64,000 nucleotides of DNA from Mytilus edulis (Eukaryota), in assembly GCF_963676685.1 (NCBI RefSeq), contig NC_092356.1:34782001-34846000 (forward strand). Reading direction: 5' to 3'. Position 1 is the first letter of the stretch. Each line of letters begins with the position of its first letter. The translations under genes and the position numbers were made by a program. Shown one piece after another: positions 52,584-64,000 of this stretch. The notes below the pieces were generated by a model that searched no databases, was not told where the DNA came from, and saw only the letters and a list, made by a program, of their open reading frames with translations.

Positions 52584-55500
52584 ATACATGATACAAGGAT
52601 TTCAAACTTTTCACATTTAGTACAAAACTAAAAAAAAAAAATAGCTTATTTTGAGATCTTGTCATTAGTATTTACAGATACATCATTGTACATTTGTACA
52701 TGTACATGTATGATCATGGTGAGCATATAAGGTTAGTTTGACTCAAATATATCAAGTTAACTTGTAAAGTAATAAGAAAATCACAATTTACCTTTCTGTT
52801 CTAAATTGTTCATTTATATCATTTTGTACATTAACCTGTCCATTTAAAAATAGAATTAATCATACAAAAAAGTCTTGTTACTTTGAAAGGTTGAATAAGT
52901 TTTCTATGTTTTAATATGGTAAGATGTTAAGAGATCATTATATATTTTCCACAGGTTCTTAGGATAATAAAATAACTAATTTGATATTAAATACAATATT
53001 CCAAATTTAATTCAAAGAATAATTGATCACCTGATAAGCTGTTATTTCGTTAAACAGATAAAAGATACATCAGCTGACAGACTTACATGTAGAGGAGCCT
53101 TTAATTAGAGAAATGGATCAACTTGATTTTGAAGTTAACCTACTGCATTTATATGAAAAATTCAGAAGTGAGTACCAGTATCTCTTAAAGTACATTTTTA
53201 CATGTTAACTTCATTTAGATAGAGTACCATATAAGATAAAGTATGTGTAATCTTAAATCCAGTATATATACTAGACATTATACATCAGTACATACATGCA
53301 TGTACATAATGCAAATCATAATAAGAAGGCATAACAATTGAACTGTTAAACAATTATTAGATGACCCGTGTCCTCTTAATTTAAGAAAAAATTAAAACAC
53401 AGAGAACACACAGACAAAAATTAATGAGGCCATGTACTCCAGATATGCAAGAAGGGTTTTAATCTCCCACTACAAATGAATATGAAGTCCTGAATGTGAA
53501 ATCTTCTAAAAAATTATATTAAACTTCAAATATGTGTACTTGAATACATGTATATATAATATTCAAATTCATCTTATTTAATATAATTAATTTAAAACAT
53601 TTTCAAGCAAAAAACTGATGTATAAATGTATAGCTTAACTGTTCCTTTATTTTTTTTTCAGGTGACTGAGCTTAAAGAAAAACACACATGAAAATGTAAC
53701 CAGTTTGGCACCATCAAAGTGACCAACATAACATTTGAATACCTTTTAAGTTTTTTATGTATATGTTTGACTTTTGGTAATATTTCGGCAGTTTCTTCAG
53801 TAAATGAGACACATCAACGTTGAAATTGACAATTTTGATAGAGGACAATTATAAGACTACCAACTTTATTGTTTATGAAATTTTATCTTTTAAAATACTA
53901 CTGGATGTCTAAAAGAATATTTCAATTTCTTCTGAAACTATTTAGATATTTATTATGTTTCATGTGTTAATAGGCAAATATTTATAAATTTCATTTATGT
54001 TAAGCAAGGGTTAATATCATGTATATGAATTAAAAAAAAAGATGTGTATGTGTTGAACTTGATTAAAAAAATTCCAAATTATTACAGAGTAACAGAAAAT
54101 GGGGTCAATGTATATTAAAACAAATCTGTTAAAAGGAAAAAAAAGTCAAAAGTTGTATTTTTCAAAATAATTGTGTTAATATTCTTGTACTATTTAGAAA
54201 TATGTGCACCAAAATTTTTTTTTTTTTTATATAAGTATTATTGTGGTATGCCCTTGTTTATTTTTTGTTTTGTGCAGTACATGCATTTGAATCTTGTTCA
54301 AAATCCATCGATTGAATACACATGATAAACTAATTGTTATGTTAATACTGTAGCTAAGTATATGTCACATTTAATCAGGCTAAGTTATCCATCTTATAAA
54401 AAAGGGGGATTTGATATGATTGCCAATTTCACAGCTACATGTACGGTACCTATCATAGTTATCTTTACGTCAGAATCCTTGTGATGTATGGGAAGAATTA
54501 TCTGTTGTCTTATTCTGACTTTTATACAAACCAAGTGATGAAGATAAACAATGCTTCTATTTCCAAAGGTTGTGAAGAAACTGCTATGGAACACAATAAA
54601 ATCAGAAGATGTAGTATAATTGTAATGAGACAACTCTCCATTAAGAGACCATACAATGTAAAAGTTTATAGTAATAGGTACAGCCTTTAATAAAGAAATA
54701 ACCACTCTGCATATCATATTTGATTTTGCAAAAACCAAAAGCATGCTTATTTTGTCACTATCAAGTATATATGTGCATATACTAATGTATTCATCTTGTG
54801 TCCGTCCTCTATAGCTAACTAAAGCTGACCTTGGAAAAATGATTTTAAATCCTCCCCCCCCCCCCAAAAAAAAATGGACAAGATCTATGGTCATAATGGT
54901 CATGCCAGTTGGGAGTTCAGAATATATGAGTTAAAAAATGAGGATCTAATCAGTTTTCATATGACTGCAAACAATTTTTGGGATCATATAATGGTATTAT
55001 GTCGTCATCGTTGTCGTCTGAAGTTACATTGGTTTCCGAACATTAACTTTAGTTTTAATGAATGGATTTTCTATGAAATTTAGTAAGAAGGTTCAATACC
55101 CCAAAAGGAAGGTTGGGATGAATTTGGGGATGATGGTCCATGGAACACTACCCATTATCTTGAGGTGCTGCACACATGTGCCAAATATCAAAAGATTTTG
55201 TCACAGGGCAAACAAATGATGCTCCCTACACAAAAGTGTAATCAAAAATCATCTTTTTTACTTTGAAGTCAAAGGTCAAAGTACAGCCAAAAATTGTATT
55301 GTAGGTATCTGTGGCAGTGACTTATGATCTACAATGAAAATGTTCTTGCATTTTCCAACTAAGTACTTTCATGGTGAAAATTTGTACAAAAAAGGACAAG
55401 AAATGTATAGTGTACATTTTATGGTTGCTATGGCAACCAAATGAACAAAGTGGTGATGAGACTGCAACTTTTTTCTTTATTTTTTTCATAAAAAACTATC

Positions 55501-55609
55501 ACTTTAAAATTTAACATGATAAATACAATAAAGATGCAAAAGTTTATGATATTTTGCAACCTAATCGATGTAATACCATTTTGGTTTGCCAAAGCATAAT
55601 TTTCTAATT

Positions 55610-56182
55610 TTTACAATTTTCTCTATTTTTGCCTTTTTTTTTATCTTATTTTTTTTTAAATAAAAAAGATACCAAAAGTTTTATTTCGATTATGTGTTAC
55701 ACCAACATAGAACTAGACTTCTATTGAGGTAATTTAGTCATAAGTGGTGTTTTCCTCTGGTAATGAATAATTGAAAACGGTTGGAAACTGGTTTTTTTTC
55801 TTCAATTTTCCTTATTTTAGCATTTTTTTACCTTATTTTTTTTAAATAAATCAAAGAGATACCAAAAATTTTATTTTTATTATTTTTAACACCAACATAG
55901 TACTAGACTTTCATATAGGTAGTTTAGTCATATCTGCTGTTTTTCTCCGATGACGGATAATTGAAAACAGTTATAAACTGGCTTTTCTCAATATTCTCAA
56001 TTTTCCTTATTTTAGCATTTTTTCACCTTATTTTTAGAAAAAAATCCAAAAGATACCCAAAATTTTATTTTCATTATTTTTTACACCAACATTATACTAG
56101 ACTTCCATACAGGTAGTTTAGTCATAAGTGTTGTTTTTCTCCGATGATGGAACATTGAAAACGGTTAGAAACTGGCTTTTCC
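55610..56182. repeat. Three ~185-bp subterminal tandem repeats of the Kolobok-type element
   Basis: Repeated agatacc...acaccaacat...actagactt...tttagtcata...ttgaaaac..aaactgg. Confidence 0.85.
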
Positions 56183-56380
56183 CCTATACATTTCAATGAA
56201 AATTAGCAGTTTGAGGCCTTATATTGAATTTCATTAAAAAAAATGTCAAATTCACAAATTTAAAAAAAAAAAATATTTTCCCAGTCAGTATGTTATACTG
56301 AAAGGGTAAAATATTTGTTTGACCAAATTAATTTTTTTTAGTTGAACAGTCCTGCCTGGTGCTCTCTGACATTGCCTCTT

Positions 56381-59300
56381 AACTCCTCGTCATCTTATAT
56401 GGGACACACTCTTAATGACTATTGGGCGAAAGGGTCCAATGTGATCAATGATTTGTTAGCGGTCTTTTAAATCGTTTAAGACAAGAATCTATAGCTTAGG
56501 CTGGTGACGTTTCAAAAATGTACAATGCGATAAGACTTTCACCGTTAGATCAGCACACACATCGATTTGTGTGGAGAAATTTAGAAACACACAGAGATCC
56601 AGATCACTTTGCATTGTTGACAGTTACTTTTGGCAACAGACCGAGTGGAGCTATTTCGACGCTTGCATTACATCAAACAGCAAAAATGTATCAACACATC
56701 TACCCAGATGCATCAAAAATGGTAATAAGAAATAGTTGTGTAGATGATATATTACAGTCAGTTGAAAGTGTAGATAATGCTCGTTTAATAACCCAGCAGA
56801 CCGAGAAAATGCTAGCATGTGGAGGTTTTCGCATTACTTATTGGATTATATCTGGAAATGAAAAATGTGGCAGTAATCTACAATCCCAAAAAAGTGGTGA
56901 ATCCGTCGAAGTTGATTGAGATAAATTTGCACATGAGAATATTCTCGGAATGAGGTGGGATCCAAAACAAGACTTGTTCGATTTCAAGGTGAAGATTAAT
57001 TTTTCTCCTAAGTACAAGAATGTTCGGAAAGGAGAAAATATAACTAAGTCACATATTGAAAGTAGCGTACCTACGTCATTAACTCCTCGAATGGTACTCA
57101 GTCAAGTTGCTAGTGTATATGATCCGTTAGGACTTGCTACTCCGTATACCTTAGCAGCTAAGGTTCTCATGCGAACGCTATGCATAGAAAACAATACAAA
57201 TGACAAGACTCTACACAATTCCCGATGGGATTATACCTGTCAGCAGAATCACGTTCAGAATGGATGGATTTTTTCAAAGAGCTTTTTGACATAGAACAGT
57301 TGAAATTTCAAAGATGTTTAAAGCCAAATAATGCTGTTGGGGATCCCATGCTAGTCATATTTTCGGATGGAAGTAAATAAGCTTATGGAACATGTGCATA
57401 TGTCAGATGGCGAACAGCACATGCGGGATTTGAATCACGGTTAATGATAGCAAAGAACCGTATAGCACCAACTAAACAGATGTCTGTTCCTAAACTGGAA
57501 ATATGTGGAGCTGTATTGGCAGCTAGAATTAGACAAAAGTTAGTCGAGGAGATGGATTATAAATTTAGTCGAGTTATACACATAGTCGATTCAATGATTG
57601 TTAGGGCACATATTCAACGAGAGAGTTATGGATTCGGCATATTAGTTGTTACAAGGGTAGCAGAAATTCAAAATAAGACTGAACCGTCTGATTGGTGGTG
57701 GGTGCCAAGTGAATTCAATGCAGCGGACCTCGCAACAAGGATAACATCTCCTTATGAATTGGTTAAGAACTCAATATGGAAACATGGACCTAAATTTTTG
57801 AATGATCCAATAGACCAGTGGCCTTTAAGGCAAGATTGTAATTTAGGTAATGACGAGTTACCCGACACGATAGGTATTGTTATGTCATCTGATATCAAGA
57901 AGATGAATGACACAATGTCTGGTTTAAATTTCGAAGATGTTAAACTGGAAAACATTTCATCATATTCAAAAGTTTTGCGAGTAACATGCATACTGATGCG
58001 AATCGCCACTACATAATCATTCAACGGTGCTTCAATAGGTGTAACTGCCGAATTTGTAAATGCTGCAGAATTTGAATGGATAATTAGATATTTACAAAGA
58101 GACATTTCGGATAATTGGACAAACACATTTCGAAGACTATCTCCAGAAAAGAATGACACGGGTATAGTTGTTGTTGGTAAAAGATTAGCTGATTGACTGA
58201 AAGCCACTTGGAACAGAACTAATTTAATGATGTTACCTAATAAAGGGCATTATGTGTGGTTATACTTAAAGTCAGTACATGATCAGAATCACGCAGGAGT
58301 AGCCGTAACATTGGCTAATGTGAGATCCAGATTCTGGATTCCAAAGGTGCGCAAATACATTTCTATGATTAGGAAAAAGTGTATTATATGTCGAAGACGA
58401 GACAACAAGTGTAGTGGACAACAAATGGGACCATTACCTTTTGAACGACTTCAACCGTCACCAGCGTTTTCGTACTGTTCAGTAGACCTCTTCGGACCTC
58501 TTACAATCAAGGATACCGTTAAGGGGCGACCTCATGGAAAAGCTTATGGAGTGTTGTTCAACTGCATGAGCAGTAGTGCTGTATATGTAGATCTTGCTGA
58601 TGGATACGATACTAATAGTTTCATAATGTTTTTACGACGATTTACATCTTTTAGAGGATATCCTAAGAAGATAAGGTCGGATCTTGGATCACAACTAGTA
58701 TCAGCTAGTAAGGAACTAAAGGAAGTGGTAAAAATTTGGCATTGGGATACGATCAAAATGTTTGGGAACGGTAATGGCATGGAATGGTAATTCACGTAGG
58801 CAGCTGACGCTCCGACGGAAAATGGATGCAGTGAAGCATTTATTAAATCCGTCAAAAAAAGTTTGAGTCTTGCCATTGGACAATCATTCATGACATTTTA
58901 TGAACTACAAACCGTGTTACTTGAAGTAGCCACACATTTTGAATGAGCGACCTATAGGAACTTCAACGTCTGATCCGAACGAGGGAACATATTAACGTCC
59001 GAATGATCTTATTCTTGGAAGAGCATCTTCGAATGTGCCAGTAGGACATTCGGATGAATCAGACAATTTAAAAAAAACGTTGGAAATTCGTGCAACAAGT
59101 AGTTAATACATTTTGGAGAAAATGGCACAGAGATTATTTTCCATCGTTAATTATTAGACAGAAATGGCATGTGAGTAAACGGAACCTTCAAGTTTTGGAC
59201 CTTATTCTTGTACAGGACAATAATTCGCTTCGTAGTAATTGGAAATTAGGACAAGTAGTTATAGCAAACTTAAGTAGAGATTGTGTTACGAGGGATGTAA

Positions 59301-59416
59301 CCGTTCGATACAAGAACATTGGACCAGGAACTAAATACAACGGAATTCAGGACTTATTGATCCGAATATCTGCACACAGAATTGTAGTGTTGCTTCCAGT
59401 TAAAGAACAATGTTAG
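56381..59416 (+). pseudogene. BEL/Pao pol remainder: RT, RNase H, integrase and C-terminal domain
   Basis: Resumes at NSSSSYMGHTLNDYWAKGP; DVSKMY; CVDD; YDPLGL; IFSDGS; NAADLATR; HHCC; VDLFGP; SDLGSQL; NGCSEA; FWRKWHRDYFPSL. Confidence 0.93.
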
Positions 59417-59834
59417 TAACAAATGAGAGTTAATTTCACACAAACTTTATGGCGGGGAATGTATCGGATCGATAAACATTATAACTTTGATTGATAATTA
59501 ATTTTGGATTGTTTGGCGAATATTTTATTCTGATAACTTTTCCGATATTAGTATTGATTTTATGACGGATTTATCCTGAATTGTTGACGTGATAAAGTAC
59601 ATTATACGTTAAAGAAGTGGTGCTCCAAATTATGTTGGTAAAATCAATAGTAGAAAGTACTGTATACAGACTCGTTTCTTTCCCCTTTCTCGATTTAACA
59701 CTGAAATGGTTTTTGAACTTATTTGTTCATTCTGCAAAACCTACAAGTTAATATCAAATGATTGATATGATATAGGCCGTCAATGCGTAAGTGATATGCA
59801 CATTATTATTTAACGAATGTTTGAACTGCTTATT

Positions 59835-62565
59835 CACTGGTATTAAAGAGATAATCGTAACTGCAATTACGATTATCCCAATATGGCGACGGTAGATATA
59901 GGTAAAATCTTTACACTCGTTTTTCATAAATGTAGCATGTTTTTGTCAATAGTTACTCAGCTGCAAGGTTTATCTATACCATTTCATCATATTTGAATCG
60001 TAACGGTGCACTGGAATTGTCTAAGCGCTGTGAAAATAGCCGTTGAAAAATTCGAGATGATAATCGTAACTCTATGGTATTTTTCTTCTTTGATAATAGT
60101 AATTTTCTTAATCGGATAATAGTAACTGAAACATAATAAATGTGTCTTTCAACGTTTCAATGGTATTTTGTGTGTTAAAAATGTAAATGCCCTGTTGAAC
60201 GATGACATTTACGCATATAAAAATAAACGAAGAAATTTACAGGTTAATTGCTAGGATAAATCTACCTAAGATATCTCTATTTGATGAGAAAAAGGATGGA
60301 TTAGCTATATCCCATATTCCAAAAGTGCAATCCTTTCAATTCATTGCTCAAAATGTAAGTCACTTAAACCACATTTGCATATGTTATATGTTTTGCCTCT
60401 TATATCACGTTTATACTAAAATTCTGTGCAAAATGAACAAAAGTTTCTGTCAATAACTTTATAACTGCATTATAGGATTTAGTGTTCATATCTCCCTTTT
60501 CCGTATAATTCAATAAATTCAGCCGTCCATATTGTTCCCTTGGATTCACTTTTTCTATTTTATACTGATATAATATATGATTTTAAAAATTAAATTCAAA
60601 CGTTTTGATCAAATACCCATGTATTTTAGGACGTTTTTATAAACAGTGTGGATGGTAAAGGATCTAGAATCTATTGTTACTATTGTTTATTGTCACTTTT
60701 GTTTTTTGTTACTTTTGTTTATTGTTTTTATTAGCCTTACCTATGGTCTTACGAAGCATTTGACAGACGGAAAAAAAAAACCCACAAATATGTATATTGA
60801 TAAATTACATCAAAGGGCATAACATGTAGATCATCACAGTCGGAACTGGTTTAATTACAAAGATTTTTATAGATTTTAAAACAAATATTTTGAACTTCAG
60901 AAAATTGCATGAAAATTAGGTAAGGCTAATTTTTGATTTCATTTAATAGAAAAGTACTTATTATATGGCAAGTATGCAAATACAAAAATGTTCCTTGTTT
61001 AGTACCTTCAATATTTTTCTCTACAATATCTTCCATGCATATGTATGCAGCATACTTTTCATATACCGAGTATTTATGAATTTTTAATAAGTTTGTTTCT
61101 AATTTTGCGGAATATGCGTTATTTTTATCTTAACTTTGCAGTCATTCTTTGAATAAGTATTGCTTGTAAGAAAATTTAAAGCTACACCAATTTTATTTCT
61201 TGATTTTCGGGCTTTTGGCCAAACTATAAAAGAACACAAATCCATGTTTGTCAATGAACTCCACGTTACTTATAATTAATTTCATAATACACAAAGAATC
61301 CCATTTAGGGCCAATCTTTCTCTAGTCTTATATAGCATTAAATGTTTTAAGGATGTCATATTATCATAATTCAAAATTAAATTTGTGTTGTTTATAGTTT
61401 ATATCTGAGATACGGAAATTTCAGTGACAGTTATGAAGTAGCTAATATAAATAAGAAGATGTGGTATGTTTGCCAATGAGACAACTTTCCACAAGAGACC
61501 AACATGACTCAGAAATTAACAAATATAGGTCACCGTACGGTCTTCAACAATGAACAAAGCCCATACCGCATAGTCAGCTATAAAAGACTCCGAAATGACA
61601 CTGTAAAACACTTTTCAAAGTTATCCCTTGTTCATCATAAGTTATTCATAACTTTAAGTTGTGCTATCATCAATGAAAAATGATCGAAGTGACATGAAAA
61701 CTGTAGCCACTAATTTCTCGTCAAACAGTTTTTGACGAATACTAAATGTCTTTCCTACTTCGTTATGGCATAATAGGGTATGTTCTAGAATTAAATCAGC
61801 AGTGGTTTCCCGGGGGCAGAAATAGCACATATACATTGTAACCACCTGCAATAAATGAATTTAAACAATATCAACTATATTTACTATTTACTTCAGGATA
61901 AATTAATTTTTGTTGACTGTCTTAATCAGAAATCGGATGTAGGGTGACACATGCGTGTCGCCGGACATTTATTGTCATGTATCATAATTTCCATCGCTCA
62001 TTCACATATTTTGTGGCATACCTAGTTCTTGGAAATTTCTGTGTATTAACAAAGTTCGTGTTTTCCCATTTTCAAATTTCTTGAAGCTTGTTCACCCTTC
62101 CAATTTTATGATATACTAGTATGTAGCTGTTTTCATAAGAACTATTAATTATATATGCATAAAAAGAAATGTCATAAGATGTTGGGACGTTTCGTAAATA
62201 ATTCATCGCCATAATTTCATAATATGCTATCAGATATACGTTTTTAGTGTCAATATCAATAAAACAGTTTCCAGTTACGATTATCTTTTTTATTTTTAAA
62301 TACCATAATTACGATTATCTTTTTTCCGAGTTACGATGATCATCCCGAATTTTTCAACGGCTATTTTCACAGCGCTTAGACAATTTCAGTGCACCGTTAC
62401 GATTCAAATATGATGAAATGGTATAGATAAACCTTGCAGCTGAGTAACTATTGACAAAAACATGCTACATTTAAGAAAAACGAGTGTAAAGATTTTACCT
62501 ATATCTACCGTCGCCATATTGGGATAATCGTAATTACAGTTACGATTATCTCTTTTATATCAGTG
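59835..62565. mobile_element. DNA transposon with CACTG termini, ~238-bp TIRs and 5-bp TTATT TSD (Transib-like or hAT5-like)
   Basis: TTATT|CACTGGTATTAAAGAGATAATCG...CGATTATCTCTTTTATATCAGTG|TTATT. TIRs at about 59835-60072 and 62328-62565. The 5' LTR supplies the empty site. Confidence 0.9.
61654..61845 (-). pseudogene. Putative zinc-finger exon inside the CACTG element
   Basis: Acceptor ttattgcag|GTGGTTACAATG, then MYMCYFCPRETTADLILEHTLLCH (C-x2-C-x11-H-x4-H). Candidate upstream donor ag|gtatgc at 62021. Confidence 0.5.
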
Positions 62566-64000
62566 TTATTGTGTCCAATTAACGGTTATCAATCGCGATG
62601 TCAACATATCAAACGTGTGACTTGTGTGTTAGTTGAATATTGTCATATTGTGTATTTTTAGTTTAAAACATCATTTACAATAAAAAGTTACAGCCTTTGA
62701 CGAATTATCTTCATACAGTACATACCAAACTACGTACTTCTCAACTAGTTTTCGTATGGGTTTATAAAGCGCAGAAAGCACGGGACTCTCCATACAAGAT
62801 CGAGGTTTGCATTTCACGTTCCTATTCTGATCAAACTTTACTGCGAATTTATACAACCCGCACAACCAAACTGACGTTCCTCTTTGAGAAGTGCTGTACT
62901 TCCAGTCGGAAGATATTGATCATGTAGATAAAAATTGTAAACAGACCCTCGCTAACGTTAGATTCAAGATTGTTTTTAATGTACTATTAGATACACATGT
63001 ATGATATGCACCGCACCTGTATCTGCACACTTGCTTTTTTGGAATTACAAAACACAAGGAACACATTTAATCGCAGTAGAACAAATTGGTTTTATATCAG
63101 TCAAAGAATAAAAAAAAGTGTTTTCGTGCTTTTATTCTAGACTTCATCTGGTTAAGTGGAAGTTTATAGTGACATCAAATTCATTTTGAAGAGTGCAAAT
63201 CAAACCATTCAATTAACCTTGGTGTTTGTTTTCGTTCATTTAGATAAGAAAAGGCCAACTGTCGTAACAAATCGTTATTACTAGATAAATAGATATTTAG
63301 GTAAATGTGCAAACAACTAATGTCCCGACTCCTTCATGCAAAATTAGTCATAACAAGTTTGGTTATTCTCTTACGTTCTTTTTAGTCATTTGTTTTCATA
63401 CGTGTCAACGTGTTTATACATGTATTCTGGCTTTCAAAAGATTCTGTTGAAGAGTTTTTGATCAAAGTAAAATTAAGATATGCGCTTCTACCACAATCAA
63501 ATACATTAAAAATGGCTACATTCGATTGGCCTTATTAAAATTGAGAATGGAAACGGGGAAAGTGTCAAAGAGACGACCCGACTAAGGAACAGAAAACTTC
63601 CCTAGGCAACCAATGGGGCTTCCGCACATCGAGAAAATCCTGCAATCAGAGGCGGGCGTCAGAAGAAGCTTTAATGAAATAATTTCTATACTGGCATGCA
63701 GATTATTTATTCAACAGATATAGAAAGATGTGGTTTGTCAGTGCCAATAAGACAACTTTTCATCCAGTCTAATTTTGCATACTTTTATTTATGCAATTTG
63801 CAAAGGTTTGCAATTTATACATATAGTTATACAGAATAGCTTTATTGTGTAATAGATTTAAATTTAGTAATTTCGGTTTGACTAATATCCGTATTTACAA
63901 CATTTAGTGGAGTTACATTTTGAAATTTTGACATAGGTTTTATATGTTGGAAATTGTATATGTGTGAGAGAATTTATCCTCCAACGAAAAGAAATACTGC

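Larger units (their letters stand above)
50337..56378. mobile_element. Kolobok-type DNA transposon inserted in BEL RT
   Basis: TTAA|GAGGCAATGCCAGAGAAAACCAGGCAGAACT ... AGTCCTGCCTGGTGCTCTCTGACATTGCCTC|TTAA: purine-purine termini and TTAA TSD. No intact transposase ORF. Confidence 0.85.
47000..62717 (+). mobile_element. Full-length decayed BEL/Pao LTR retrotransposon with nested insertions
   Basis: TGTAT...ATACA LTRs, 5-bp TSD GTACA (46995-46999 and 62718-62722), PPT GGCGGGGAA at 59451-59459, domain order gag-PR-RT-RH-IN. Confidence 0.95.
59460..62717 (+). repeat. 3' LTR, split into 59460-59834 and 62571-62717 by an insertion
   Basis: Matches the 5' LTR on both sides of the insertion. Confidence 0.93.

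Noticed and set aside
54394-54903. 169-aa minus-strand ORF in the Kolobok-type element
   Set aside because: It runs through a poly-C tract and a family A repeat and has no transposase motifs.
50333-56382. piggyBac assignment based on the TTAA TSD
   Set aside because: The termini begin GA (GG for the 22750 element), not the pyrimidine CC-type ends of piggyBac; Kolobok fits better.

Overview
AT-rich eukaryotic (metazoan) genomic DNA. The spliced gene, the repeat families and the intronless nAChR-like array point to a bivalve mollusc, probably a mussel (Mytilus-like); this is an inference. Host genes: the last three exons of a short-chain dehydrogenase (SDR9C/BDH1-like, 1109-3667) and a same-strand array of three intact Cys-loop receptor genes with uninterrupted coding regions (17059-18252, 36025-37236, 43233-44444). 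These receptors have lost most acetylcholine-binding residues and are candidate sensory/chemoreceptor channels. Nearly everything else is layered mobile DNA: a Neptune-type Penelope-like element, other Penelope-like RT fragments, two Academ (XPG-type) transposase relics, two Kolobok-type TTAA elements, several MITEs, and a complete decayed BEL/Pao LTR retrotransposon (47000-62717, GTACA TSD). The BEL element carries a Kolobok-type insertion in pol and, in its 3' LTR, a CACTG-ended element with a 5-bp TSD and a zinc-finger exon. Two structurally intact minimal type I hammerhead ribozymes (11234-11277 and 15157-15200, minus strand) sit in retrozyme-like repeats. All calls come from reading the sequence by eye; no database searches were run.
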